The position numbers and the translations under genes were made by a program. A DNA stretch of 40,896 nt from Nocardioidaceae bacterium (GTDB lineage Bacteria > Actinomycetota > Actinomycetes > Propionibacteriales > Nocardioidaceae). Position 1 is the first letter of the stretch, and each line of letters begins with the position of its first letter. Of this stretch, positions 1-9,232 are shown piece after piece. Location: contig JACCUS010000004.1 of assembly GCA_013811715.1 (NCBI GenBank), positions 1-40,896 on the forward strand. The letters are read 5' to 3'. The notes below the pieces were generated by a model, which made no database searches, was not told where the DNA came from, and worked only from the letters and a program-made list of their open reading frames with translations.

Positions 1-638
1 AGCTGGCCCGGCGATGGGGCTCGGTCGTCATCGACGACGACCCCTACGGCATGTTGCGGTTCGAAGGCGAGCACCTCCCCACGCTCCGTGAGCTCGGAGC
101 CGGAGATCCGCTGGTCTTCTCCGTCCGGACGTTCTCCAAGATCTTGGCGCCCGGGCTCAGGGTCGGCTGGCTCGACACCGTGCCCGAGCTTCGCCAGCTG
201 CTCATCAACGCCAAGCAGACGATGGACACCTGCACCAACATGCCCGCCCAGCGACTCTTGACCGGCTATCTCACCGGCGGGCACCTCGAGAAGCACCTGG
301 CGACCCAGCGGGAGCAGTACCGCCGGCGCAAGGGCGCCATGCAAGAAGCGCTCGGCGAGCACCTCGGCGACATCGCGACCTGGACCGATCCGCACGGCGG
401 CTTCTTCCTCTGGGTGACGCTGCACAACGGGGTAGACACCGAGCAGCTGTTCGAGGTGGCGCTTGCCGAGGGGGTGGCGTTCATCCCCGGGCCGGCGTTC
501 TCACCCGCCGGCCGTTTCCACGACGCCTTGCGGCTGTGCTTCGCCTCAACCGCGCCCGAACGCACCAAGGAGGGCGTCACGCGGCTGCGCCGGGCGATCG
601 ACCAGACGGCGGCAGCGAGCGCCGGCAGCCGTGGCTGA
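1..638 (+). CDS. PLP-dependent aminotransferase (class I/II fold), 3' part; 5' end lies outside the window
   Basis: Frame 3 is open from the window edge (…VVIDDDPYGMLRFEG…). It carries the FSKILAPGLRVGW motif with the Schiff-base lysine. Stop TGA at 636-638. Confidence 0.8.
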   Translation, partial: LARRWGSVVIDDDPYGMLRFEGEHLPTLRELGAGDPLVFSVRTFSKILAPGLRVGWLDTVPELRQLLINAKQTMDTCTNMPAQRLLTGYLTGGHLEKHLATQREQYRRRKGAMQEALGEHLGDIATWTDPHGGFFLWVTLHNGVDTEQLFEVALAEGVAFIPGPAFSPAGRFHDALRLCFASTAPERTKEGVTRLRRAIDQTAAASAGSRG

Positions 639-1833
639 GGCGGCCCTGACTCCGGACGAACAAGTGGTCCTCGACCTCATCTCACTCGAGGAGATCGAGG
701 ACCTGACGCGGTCGCTGGTCAACGCTCCCGGCGAGAACCCACCGGGCCGAGAGGGCGCAAGGGTGGCGGCGCTCGCGGCAGCCTGTGCCGCACGTGGGCT
801 GGACTGCACGTTGACCGAGGTCGAGCCCGATCGCCCCAACCTCTGCGCGACTCTCGCGGGAGGCGCCGGTCCCGGCCTGTTGCTGCTCGGCCACACCGAC
901 GTCGTACCGATCGGCGCCGGATGGAGTGTCGACCCCCGCGCCGGAGTGGTGCGCGACGGCCGACTCTTCGGGCGTGGTTCGACCGACATGCTGGGTGGGC
1001 TCGCCGCGATCCTGGTGGCGATGGAGGCGCTGCGCGCGGCGGGGGTCCGGCTCTCGGGCCCAGTCGAGTTGGCGGCCGTGGTGGACGAGGAGGAGACAGG
1101 CAAGGGGATCCGTCACTATCTCGCCGACCAGGACCGCTCCCACTTCGTCGGCTGCATCGTCGCCGAGCCCACCGACCTGCAGACCATCATCGCCGCGAGA
1201 GGCGACGCCTACTTCGAGTTCGCCTTCGAGGGCCGGGCCGCCCACTCCGGCCGGCCGTCCGAAGGGGTCAACGCCATCTACGCCGCAGCCAGCGTGGTCG
1301 GCGACCTGCAACGGTGGAACGACGAGCTGGCCGAAGACGCGCACCCGCTCGTCGGTCCCGCCACGTGGAGCGTTGGCCTGGTCAACGGTGGCACGGGTAC
1401 GTCAATCGTGCCTGCTCAGTGCAGCGTGACGGCGGACCGGCGGCTGCTTCCGCGGGAGGCTGGCAGCGCGGTGATCGAGCAGGTCAACCGCCGGATCAAC
1501 GCCTTGGGCCTAGGGGACCAGGGGGCGACAGCGCAGGTCCGAATGACCATGGAGATGCCCGGCTTCGAGACCCCTGCCGACCATCCGTTCGTGGCCGTGG
1601 CGGACGGCGCGATCGCCGCCGCGGGTGGTCCCGGGCTTCCGCTCGGCGGCTGGACGGCAGCCTGCGACGGCGGGTTCGTTGCGCGAGACGCCGGGGTGCC
1701 GGTCGTCGTACTCGGTCCGGGTTCGGTGGCCACCCAAGCGCACCGCGCCGACGAGTCGGTCGCGCTGGATGAGTTGCTCGTGGCGGCCCGAGCCTACGCC
1801 TTGGCCGCCATGCGCGTCCTCGGCGAGGCGTGA
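631..1833 (+). CDS. M20-family metallopeptidase/deacylase (ArgE/DapE/ACY1-like)
   Basis: Motifs LLLLGHTDVVP, GRGSTDMLGG and VVDEEETG. I chose GTG 631 as the start (GTGGCTGA overlap with the upstream stop). The ORF-track ATG 463 lies inside the aminotransferase frame. Confidence 0.75.
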   Translation: MAEAALTPDEQVVLDLISLEEIEDLTRSLVNAPGENPPGREGARVAALAAACAARGLDCTLTEVEPDRPNLCATLAGGAGPGLLLLGHTDVVPIGAGWSVDPRAGVVRDGRLFGRGSTDMLGGLAAILVAMEALRAAGVRLSGPVELAAVVDEEETGKGIRHYLADQDRSHFVGCIVAEPTDLQTIIAARGDAYFEFAFEGRAAHSGRPSEGVNAIYAAASVVGDLQRWNDELAEDAHPLVGPATWSVGLVNGGTGTSIVPAQCSVTADRRLLPREAGSAVIEQVNRRINALGLGDQGATAQVRMTMEMPGFETPADHPFVAVADGAIAAAGGPGLPLGGWTAACDGGFVARDAGVPVVVLGPGSVATQAHRADESVALDELLVAARAYALAAMRVLGEA

Positions 1834-1857
1834 CTCTGCACAACGGTCAAGGAGTCC

Positions 1858-4761
1858 TCAGTTGCCCATCGCGGCGGCGAGGACTTCGGCGAGGTGACGC
1901 GCCCGCCGCTCGGTGCCGTGGGCGATCTGGGTGCGGCAGCTGAACCCGTCGGCCAGCACGATCGTGTCAGGTGCGGCATCTCGCACGGCGGGGAGGATGA
2001 CTCGCTCCCCAGCCGCAACCGACACCTCGTAGTGGCCCTCCTCGAATCCGAAGTTGCCGGCCAGCCCACAACAGCCGGAGTCCGGGACCTCCACATCGAT
2101 CCCGGCGGCGGACATGACCGCGGAGTCGGCACCGAAGCCCATCACCGCGTGCTGATGGCAGTGCACCTGCACCAGAGCGTCACCGCCGACCTGCGGCGGC
2201 CGCCAGTCCGGCGCGAACCGCTGCAACGCTTCGGCCAGCGTGTACGTCGACCCTGCGGCCTGCTGGGCCAATGCGTCGCCGGGAAGCAGGTCTTTGGCGT
2301 CGTGTCTGAACACCGCCGTACAGCTCGGCTCCAGGCCGATGACCGGAGTGCCCGCCACCAGGTGGGGTGCGAGCCTGCGCAGGGATCGACGCAGGACCTT
2401 CTTCGCCATGCCCAGCTGGCCCGTGGAGATCCAGGTGAGACCGCAGCACACGGGTCCATCCGGAAAGAGCACGTCCAAGCCCGCATCCTCCAGCACCCTC
2501 AGGGCACTTCTGCCGACCTCCGGGGAGAAGTAGTTGGTGAACGTGTCCGGCCACAAGACCACCTTGCCCCGAGAAGCAGCATGCTCCGGCTTCTCTCGAT
2601 GAGCGGACCACGTTGTGAAAGACGTCTCCGCAAACGTCGGCAGCACCCGCTCGTCGGCGACTCCACCGAGACGTTTGATCAGCCCCTGCGCGCCAGAGCC
2701 GCTCACGAGGTTGGCGAGGCCGGGGGAAAGCATGGCCAGCCTCGACCACACCGGCAGCCAACCCATCGACCAGTGCGATCTCGGCCGGGCCCACGGCCGG
2801 CCCTTGTAGTGATGATGGGTGAACTCCGCCTTGTACGTGGCCATGTCGACGTTGACCGGACAGTCGGACAGACAGCCCTTGCACGACAGGCAGAGGTCCA
2901 GGGCGTCGCGGACCTCCGTCGACCGCCAGCCATCCGTGACGATGTCGCCTTCGAGCATCTCCCACAGCAGGTGGGCACGGCCGCGGGTCGAGTGCTGCTC
3001 CTCGCGGGTGACCTGGTAGCTCGGACACATCACCCCGCCCGAGGACTGCCGGCACTTGCCGACGCCCACACACCGGCGCTGGGCCCGGCCGAAGCTACCA
3101 GCGTCGTCGGGGTAGGCGAAGACAGTGAGCAGCTGGCGCTCCTTCGCGGCGCCGGTGTGCCGGAGGGATGCGTCGACAGGATCGGGGTCCACGATCACGT
3201 GCGGGTTCAACCGGTTCGCGGGGTCCCACACCTGCTTGACGGCGCAGAACAGGTCGACCACGTCTGCGCCGTACATCCGCTCAAGCAGTTCCGAGCGAGC
3301 ACGGCCGTCACCGTGCTCGCCCGAGACCGAGCCGCCGAGCGAGGTGACGAGGTCGGTGGCCTGCTCGACGAACGACCGGTAGTTCGCCACTCCCGCAGCG
3401 GACAGCAGGTCGAAGTCGATCCGCATGTGCATGCAGCCCTCGCCGAAGTGCCCGTACGACGCTCCGGACAGGTCGTGCCGGGCCAGCAGCTCGTCCAGCC
3501 CACGCAAGTACCTGCCGAGCGCAGGCGGCGGTACCGCCGCGTCCTCCCAGCCACCCCAAGCCTCGGCACCATCGACACGCCGGGTCGCAAGGCCGGTGCC
3601 GTCGCGCCGGCATCGCCACAGCACGGCTTGCGCCGCTGCGTCGGTGACCAGCGAGGAACTGACGTGCAGGCCGGAGTCACGCAGCTCGGCTGCGATCTGC
3701 CGACCGGTCCGGCCCGCCTGCTCCGCATCGGAGCCGCCGACCTCCACGAGCAGCCATGCCTGTCCCGGCGGGAGGCCTGCCGCGGTGGCGTCTCGTCTGA
3801 TCTGCGCGGGCAGCCGGTCGACCAGCGTGGCATTGATCGACTCCATGGTCAGCGGTCCATGCGGCAGCACCCGGGGGACGCTGTCGGCGGCCGCGACCGA
3901 GTCCGGGAAGCCCAAGGCCAGCAGCACCCTCGCGGCCGGCAACCGGGTCAGCGCGACTGTGGCGCGCAGGGTCGTCGCCAGGCTGCCCTCACTGCCGCAG
4001 AGCAGCCGTGCCATGTCGTGGCCGTTATCCGGCAACAACCGGTCGAGCGCATAGCCGGAGATCTGTCGCGAGAACTGACCGAACCTGCGGCGGATCAGTA
4101 GCTCGTGCCCGTCCATGATGGCGAGCAGCCGTCGGCACAGCTCGCCTTCGCGACCGGGCAGTCGGGACAGTCCGTCCCGGCGCCGGGCGGGGTCGGCGTC
4201 TGCTGTCGGCACGTCGAGCGTCAGCTCGGCGCCGTCGGCCAGCAGCACGTCGAGGCTCCGGAGGTTGTCAGCCGTCGTGCCCCAGGCGACGGAGTGCGCT
4301 CCGCAGGCGTTGTTGGCGATCATCCCTCCGAGCGTCGCGCGGCTGGCCGACGAGGGATCAGCACCGAAGGTGAGGCCGTGCTTCGCCGCGGCCGCGAGCA
4401 GGTCGGTCAGCACCACACCTGGCTCGACCGTGGCGGTCTGTGAGACCGGGTCGAGCTGGAGGATCCGGTGGAGGTGTCGTGACACGTCGACCACGACCGA
4501 ACCGAGGGCGTTGCCCGCCATCGACGTACCGCCACCGCGGAGCGTGACAGGGGCGCCCGCATCGGCGCAGAGGGTCACCGCCGCCACGAGGTCTTGCACC
4601 GTCGCGGGCACCACCACCAGATCTGGCACCACCCGGTAGTTCGATGCGTCGACCGCGTACAGCCCTTTGGCGCTCGGGTCGGCAGCGACCTCGCCGGCGA
4701 GCTCAGCCCGCAGAGTGGCAGCAAGCCTGGCGGCGTCGAAGATGGCAGCGGAAGCAGTCAA
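1858..4761 (-). CDS. FAD-linked oxidase fused to a 4Fe-4S/CCG domain (GlcD+GlcF-like, YdiJ-type); candidate 2-hydroxyacid dehydrogenase
   Basis: 967 aa. N-terminal FAD_binding_4-like VTLRGGGTSMAGNA, a central CxxCxxCxxxCP cluster (CLSCKGCLSDCP), and C-terminal CCG motifs (CCGLTW, CCGLAGNFG). The longest ORF starts with TTG. Confidence 0.9.
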   Translation of the reverse strand: MTASAAIFDAARLAATLRAELAGEVAADPSAKGLYAVDASNYRVVPDLVVVPATVQDLVAAVTLCADAGAPVTLRGGGTSMAGNALGSVVVDVSRHLHRILQLDPVSQTATVEPGVVLTDLLAAAAKHGLTFGADPSSASRATLGGMIANNACGAHSVAWGTTADNLRSLDVLLADGAELTLDVPTADADPARRRDGLSRLPGREGELCRRLLAIMDGHELLIRRRFGQFSRQISGYALDRLLPDNGHDMARLLCGSEGSLATTLRATVALTRLPAARVLLALGFPDSVAAADSVPRVLPHGPLTMESINATLVDRLPAQIRRDATAAGLPPGQAWLLVEVGGSDAEQAGRTGRQIAAELRDSGLHVSSSLVTDAAAQAVLWRCRRDGTGLATRRVDGAEAWGGWEDAAVPPPALGRYLRGLDELLARHDLSGASYGHFGEGCMHMRIDFDLLSAAGVANYRSFVEQATDLVTSLGGSVSGEHGDGRARSELLERMYGADVVDLFCAVKQVWDPANRLNPHVIVDPDPVDASLRHTGAAKERQLLTVFAYPDDAGSFGRAQRRCVGVGKCRQSSGGVMCPSYQVTREEQHSTRGRAHLLWEMLEGDIVTDGWRSTEVRDALDLCLSCKGCLSDCPVNVDMATYKAEFTHHHYKGRPWARPRSHWSMGWLPVWSRLAMLSPGLANLVSGSGAQGLIKRLGGVADERVLPTFAETSFTTWSAHREKPEHAASRGKVVLWPDTFTNYFSPEVGRSALRVLEDAGLDVLFPDGPVCCGLTWISTGQLGMAKKVLRRSLRRLAPHLVAGTPVIGLEPSCTAVFRHDAKDLLPGDALAQQAAGSTYTLAEALQRFAPDWRPPQVGGDALVQVHCHQHAVMGFGADSAVMSAAGIDVEVPDSGCCGLAGNFGFEEGHYEVSVAAGERVILPAVRDAAPDTIVLADGFSCRTQIAHGTERRARHLAEVLAAAMGN

Positions 4762-4792
4762 TGTTCGCCGAACCTAACGACCTGGCTGTAAC

Positions 4793-4805
4793 ATTGTCAA
4801 CAATC
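4793..4805. promoter_or_regulatory. Candidate GntR-type operator ATTGTCAACAATC in the divergent intergenic region
   Basis: Near-palindrome lying 32 nt from the 4761 start and 26 nt from the 4831 start. Related copies are at 7913-7926 and 10685-10697. It overlaps a TAACAT -10-like hexamer (4789-4794). Confidence 0.45.
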
Positions 4806-4830
4806 CGCCATCGGCGCTACTGGAGGGTGC

Positions 4831-5601
4831 ATGACACCGGCTTTCACCGTCGGACTGCTCTATCCCGGCTTCGGCGCAGAGGACGACTTCTCCACGCTGG
4901 AGGCTCGGCTCGACGGCGGCGTCCGGCTTCCGCTCGTGCACACCTCGGTCGGAGAAGACGCCCACCGGGTCGACGCCCTCCTCGACCTAGGCAGCCACTT
5001 CCGGTTGGCTGACGGTGCCGCGGCGCTCGCCGACCACCACTGTGACTCGGTGATGTGGGCATGCACGTCGGGGAGCTTCGTCTTCGGCTGGGACGGAGCA
5101 AGTCAGCAGGTCAACGAGGTCGCGCAGGTGCTGGGTGTCCCAGTCTCGTCCACCTCGATCGCCTTCGCCAACGCATGCCACGCGCTGGGGCTGACCAAGC
5201 TCGCGGTCGCGGCGTCGTACCCTGAGGACGTGGCCAGGCACTTCGTCGAGTTCTTGACGAAGGGCGGACTTGAGGTGGTCAGCATGAGCAGCCACGGGAT
5301 CGACTCGGCCGCCGAGGTCGCCCGCCTGGAGAAGAACGACGTTGTCGCCATGGTGCGCGGCATCGACACTTCGGGGGCCGATGCGTTGCTGGTGCCCGAC
5401 ACCGCGTTGCACTCGCTTGGCTGGCTCGGCGAACTCGAGAGCGCCGCCGGGCTGCCCGTGCTCACCGCGAACCAGGTGACCGTCTGGGAGGGGCTGCACC
5501 TGCTCGGTCCGGTCGCCCCGCTCGATCGGTTGGGGACACTGTTCGCGGCTGACCGTGACGCGCCCAATGGCACCAGACGGCTGAGTGGAGAACGACCGTG
5601 A
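4831..5601 (+). CDS. Asp/Glu/hydantoin racemase superfamily protein (maleate isomerase / arylmalonate decarboxylase-like)
   Basis: 256 aa with VMWACTSGSF (first catalytic-Cys motif) and LPVLTANQVTVWEGL. GGAGGG ribosome-binding site upstream. Its stop overlaps the GntR start (GTGA). Confidence 0.75.
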   Translation: MTPAFTVGLLYPGFGAEDDFSTLEARLDGGVRLPLVHTSVGEDAHRVDALLDLGSHFRLADGAAALADHHCDSVMWACTSGSFVFGWDGASQQVNEVAQVLGVPVSSTSIAFANACHALGLTKLAVAASYPEDVARHFVEFLTKGGLEVVSMSSHGIDSAAEVARLEKNDVVAMVRGIDTSGADALLVPDTALHSLGWLGELESAAGLPVLTANQVTVWEGLHLLGPVAPLDRLGTLFAADRDAPNGTRRLSGERP

Positions 5602-6284
5602 CGTCAACAGGCCGCTACATCGAACCGTTGGTGCGGGAGTCGACTCCCAGCATCATCGCCGACAAGCTCCGCAACGCAATCGGGTCCGGTGAGCTGAGGG
5701 CCGGCCAGCAGCTCGGAGAGGCAGAGCTCGCCCGTGAGCTCGGGGTGAGTCGCGGGCCGCTGCGGGAGGGTATGCAGCGGCTGACCCAGGAGGGGCTGCT
5801 CATGTCGATCCGCAACCGGGGGCTCTTTGTCATCGAGATGACACCGGAGAACGTGCGAGACATGTACGTAGCCCGCAGCGCGGTCGAACGCGCTGCGGGC
5901 GCCCAGATCTTCGTCCATGACCCGGTCGCGGCCGGCGATGCACTCCTCGCCCTGACCGACCAGATGGCGCAGTCTGCCGCCCGCAGGGACATCGCCGCGG
6001 TCAGCGAGTCCGACATCGAGTTCCACCAGCTGCTCGTCTCACTCGCCAAGAGCCCGCGCCTGACACGGATCCACAAGACCCTGCTGACTGAGACGCGGAT
6101 GTGCATCCACGCACTCGAGGAGACCTACCGGTACTCCGATGTCAGAGTGACCGAGCACCATGGCATCGCCGCGGCGTTCACGGCCTCCGACCCCGTGTTG
6201 ACCGACGAGCGGCTGGTGGCCCACATGGAAGACGCGCTGGTGCGGCTGGCGAACGGCGCTTCGCCGCTGCGCGGCTTCGCCTGA
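5598..6284 (+). CDS. GntR-family transcriptional regulator, FadR/FCD subfamily
   Basis: Winged helix-turn-helix LRAGQQLGEAELARELGVSRGPLREGMQRLTQEGLLMSIRNRGLFV followed by an all-helical FCD-like C-terminal domain. GTG start. Confidence 0.9.
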   Translation: MTSTGRYIEPLVRESTPSIIADKLRNAIGSGELRAGQQLGEAELARELGVSRGPLREGMQRLTQEGLLMSIRNRGLFVIEMTPENVRDMYVARSAVERAAGAQIFVHDPVAAGDALLALTDQMAQSAARRDIAAVSESDIEFHQLLVSLAKSPRLTRIHKTLLTETRMCIHALEETYRYSDVRVTEHHGIAAAFTASDPVLTDERLVAHMEDALVRLANGASPLRGFA

Positions 6285-6325
6285 CCGTTACGTGCGGCGC
6301 GATCACGCTCGACCCGGCGAGATGC

Positions 6326-7822
6326 TCAGGTCAGCGCGATGAGGACGTACTTGGTCTCGAGGAACTCCTCGATCCCCACCGAGCCGCCCTCACGGCCGAG
6401 CCCGGACTGCTTGACCCCGCCGAACGGTGCGGCGGGGTTCGACACGACTCCCTGGTTGAGCCCGACCATGCCACTCTCGATCGCCTCGGCCACTCTCAGC
6501 GCGCGACGCAGGTCGTTGGTGTAGACGAAGGAGACCAAACCGAACTCGGTGTCGTTGGCTGCTTCGATGGCCTCCGCCTCGTCCTTGAACGGCGTCAGCG
6601 GCGCAACCGGCCCGAATATCTCTTCGTCCGCCATCCTGGCAGTGCGTGGTACGTCGGTGAGTACGGTCGGCGGGTAGAAGTAGCCCCTGCCGTCGGGGGG
6701 CTCCCCACCAGTCAGCACCTTCGCCCCCCGGTCGATCGCGTCGGAAACCAAAGCGGTGACCTTCTGCTTCGCCGCGTCGTCGATGAGCGGGCCCACCCGC
6801 ACTCCGTCATCCACGCCGCGACCGACCTTGAGCGCGGACATCCTCTCCGCCAGCCTGGCGCCGAAGTCCGCGATGATCTCCTGGTGCACGTAGAGGCGGT
6901 TCGCGGCGGTGCATGCCTCACCCATGTTGCGCATCTTGGCCGCGAGCGCTCCATCGACCGCCTCGTCGATGTCGGCGTCCTCGAAGACGATGAACGGTGC
7001 GTTGCCACCAAGCTCCATCGAGGTACGGAGCACCTTCTCGGCGCACTGCTCGAGCAGGATCTTGCCCACCTTCGTCGAGCCGGTGAAGGATAGCTTGCGC
7101 GCCAGCCCCGACCTGATGAGTGGCTCCATCACGCCGTTTGAATCGGTCGTCGTGACGACGTTGACCGCTCCGTCGGGGACGCCCGCCTCTCGAAGGATGT
7201 CGACCAGCGCGAGCATCGACAGAGGTGTCTGGTGAGCGGGCTTGATGACACTGGAGCAGCCGGCGGCGATCGCCGGGCCCAGCTTGCGGGTGCCCATCGC
7301 CATCGGGAAGTTCCAGGGCGTGATGAGCAGGCAGGGCCCGACCGGCTGCTTGGCCACCAGGAATCGGGCTCCCCCGGCCGGGGCCACCTGGTAGCCGCCG
7401 TCGATCCGGACGGCCTCACCGGCGAAGTGGCGGAAGAACTCCGCGGCATACGCGATCTCGCCCTTCGCCTCAGGAACCGGCTTGCCCATCTCCAGGGTCA
7501 TCAGCAACGCTAGGTCGTCGATCCGCTCGTGGATCAGGTCGAAGGCTCGCATCAGCATGTCGGCCCGCTGCTGGGGAGGGAGGCCGCCGAACGACGGCTG
7601 GGCGGCGACCGCCGCCTCGAGCGCGGATCGACCGTCGGCCGGGGCTGCGTCAGCTACCGCACACAGAACGTCGCCGGTCGAGGGGTCGACTACGTCGAAG
7701 GTGGCTTTCCCCTCGGCGTCGACCCAGCTGCCGCCGACGTACAGCTGCTTGGGAACCCGCCAGACCGCGGACTCTGCGGCGCCGAGGCGGGATTGAGCGG
7801 GCGTGTCCGTGTGAGTGCTCAT
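6326..7822 (-). CDS. gabD: NAD(P)-dependent succinate-semialdehyde (or glutarate-semialdehyde) dehydrogenase
   Basis: 498 aa of the aldehyde dehydrogenase family: ITPWNFP, ELGGNAP, EEIFGPV, and catalytic Cys in GEACTAANR. GAAGGGA ribosome-binding site. Confidence 0.9.
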   Translation of the reverse strand: MSTHTDTPAQSRLGAAESAVWRVPKQLYVGGSWVDAEGKATFDVVDPSTGDVLCAVADAAPADGRSALEAAVAAQPSFGGLPPQQRADMLMRAFDLIHERIDDLALLMTLEMGKPVPEAKGEIAYAAEFFRHFAGEAVRIDGGYQVAPAGGARFLVAKQPVGPCLLITPWNFPMAMGTRKLGPAIAAGCSSVIKPAHQTPLSMLALVDILREAGVPDGAVNVVTTTDSNGVMEPLIRSGLARKLSFTGSTKVGKILLEQCAEKVLRTSMELGGNAPFIVFEDADIDEAVDGALAAKMRNMGEACTAANRLYVHQEIIADFGARLAERMSALKVGRGVDDGVRVGPLIDDAAKQKVTALVSDAIDRGAKVLTGGEPPDGRGYFYPPTVLTDVPRTARMADEEIFGPVAPLTPFKDEAEAIEAANDTEFGLVSFVYTNDLRRALRVAEAIESGMVGLNQGVVSNPAAPFGGVKQSGLGREGGSVGIEEFLETKYVLIALT

Positions 7823-7884
7823 CTGGGAGTCCCTTCAGGCTTGTGCAGCTGCTGCGAGCGAACAGTCCCATTGTGCCAGCCGCG

Positions 7885-7912
7885 TTGACAACGCCTACCG
7901 CTGCTATACGCT
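7885..7912 (+). promoter_or_regulatory. Putative sigma-A-type promoter for the gabT-like gene (TTGACA-16 nt-TACGCT)
   Basis: Hexamers at 7885-7890 and 7907-7912, immediately followed by the perfect palindrome at 7913-7926. The start codon is 30 nt further on. Confidence 0.35.
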
Positions 7913-7926
7913 GATTGTCGACAATC
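7913..7926. promoter_or_regulatory. Candidate GntR-type operator: perfect 14-bp palindrome GATTGTCGACAATC
   Basis: Lies in the gabD/gabT divergent region. A partial fourth copy, GTTGACAA, is at 7884-7891. Confidence 0.5.
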
Positions 7927-7942
7927 TACCAGAGAGGTAACC

Positions 7943-9196
7943 GTGGCCGAGCTCTCCCAGATCCTCAACCAAGCGACAGGTGTCATCGCCGCCCGGGGGG
8001 AGGGCGTCCACCTCTTCGACGAAACCGGGCAGCGGTTCTTGGACTTCACCGCCGGCATCGGCGTGACGAGCACGGGCCACTGTCATCCACGGGTGGTCGA
8101 GGCGGCTCAGCGTCAGGTGGAAACCTTGATTCACGCGCAGTACACGACGGTGATGCACCGCCCGCTGCTGACTCTCGTGGACCGGCTCGGCGAAGTGCTG
8201 CCGGTCGGCCTGGACCGGATGTTCTTGGCCAACTCCGGATCCGAGGCCGTCGAGGCCGCTCTTCGGCTGTCCCGGCAGGCGACGGGGCGGCCCAACGTCA
8301 TCGTCTTCCACGGCGGCTTCCACGGCAGGACGGTGGCGGCGGCATCCATGACGACGTCCGGCACCAAGTTCCGCTCGGGCTTCAGTCCGATCATGAGCGG
8401 TGTGCACATCTCCCCCTTCCCCGATCCCACCCACTTCGGCTGGCCGGTCGAGGAGGCGACCGACTTCGCCCTGCGGCAGCTCGACTATGTGCTGCAGACG
8501 GTCTCGTCGCCGCTTGACACCGCGGCGTTCCTGATCGAACCGGTGCTCGGCGAAGGCGGCTACGTGCCGGCGAACGAGAGGTTCTTCGCGGGCCTGCGTG
8601 AACGCGCCGACCGTCACGGCATCTTGCTGGTCGTCGACGAGGTGCAGACCGGCTGGGGCCGGACGGGCAGGTTCTGGGGCGGGGAGCACTTCGACGCGCG
8701 ACCCGACGTGCTCATCACCGCCAAGGGGCTGGCTTCGGGCTTCCCGCTCTCCGCCATCGCCGCGCCCGCCGACCTGATGGCGAAGGCCTGGCCAGGTTCC
8801 CAGGGCGGTACCTACGGGGCCAACGCGGTGGCGTGTGCAGCGGCGCTCGCCACCCTGGACGTCATCCAGGACGAGAAGCTGGTCGAGAACGCCGCCGAAC
8901 GTGGGGACCAGCTGAAGGCTGCATTGTCCGACGTTGCGGCACGTCATGAGCAGATCACCGACGTACGCGGGCTCGGCCTGATGGTCGGCACCGAGTTCCG
9001 CGACGCCGCCGGCGACCCCGACGGAGCGACTGCCGGCGCCGCCCAGCAGGAGGCCGCCCGACGGGGACTGTTGCTGCTCACCTGCGGCGCCTGGGGCCAA
9101 GTCGTCAGGTTCATCCCGGCTCTGGTCGTGCAACCGGAGCACGTCGATGAGGCATCCTCCATCTGGGCCGACTCAGTCGCTGCCGTCGCCTACTAG
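7943..9196 (+). CDS. gabT: Class III aminotransferase (4-aminobutyrate / 5-aminovalerate aminotransferase-like)
   Basis: 417 aa with SGSEAVEAALRL, VDEVQTGWGRTG and the TAKGLASG lysine motif. GTG start preceded by AGAGAGG. Confidence 0.9.
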   Translation: MAELSQILNQATGVIAARGEGVHLFDETGQRFLDFTAGIGVTSTGHCHPRVVEAAQRQVETLIHAQYTTVMHRPLLTLVDRLGEVLPVGLDRMFLANSGSEAVEAALRLSRQATGRPNVIVFHGGFHGRTVAAASMTTSGTKFRSGFSPIMSGVHISPFPDPTHFGWPVEEATDFALRQLDYVLQTVSSPLDTAAFLIEPVLGEGGYVPANERFFAGLRERADRHGILLVVDEVQTGWGRTGRFWGGEHFDARPDVLITAKGLASGFPLSAIAAPADLMAKAWPGSQGGTYGANAVACAAALATLDVIQDEKLVENAAERGDQLKAALSDVAARHEQITDVRGLGLMVGTEFRDAAGDPDGATAGAAQQEAARRGLLLLTCGAWGQVVRFIPALVVQPEHVDEASSIWADSVAAVAY

Positions 9197-9232
9197 GACA
9201 CGCTGCCGGTTTACCCCCATAGAGGCAACAGG

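Noticed and set aside
1894-4101. 735-aa plus-strand ORF antisense to the FAD/Fe-S oxidoreductase. Similar long antisense ORFs lie at 34330-37530 (1066 aa, opposite rpoC), 38507-40240 (opposite rpoB), 27753-29282 (opposite fusA), 7904-9142 (opposite gabT) and 31858-33285.
   Set aside because: These are typical stop-codon-poor shadow frames of a roughly 70% GC genome. Their translations are Arg/Gly/Pro/Ala-rich with no recognisable motifs, and the opposite strand encodes unmistakable conserved proteins.
7823-7942. A promoter for gabD on the minus strand of the divergent region.
   Set aside because: No hexamer pair with acceptable spacing was found (the best candidates were TTGTCG or TTGTCA paired with poor -10 boxes), so no call was made.
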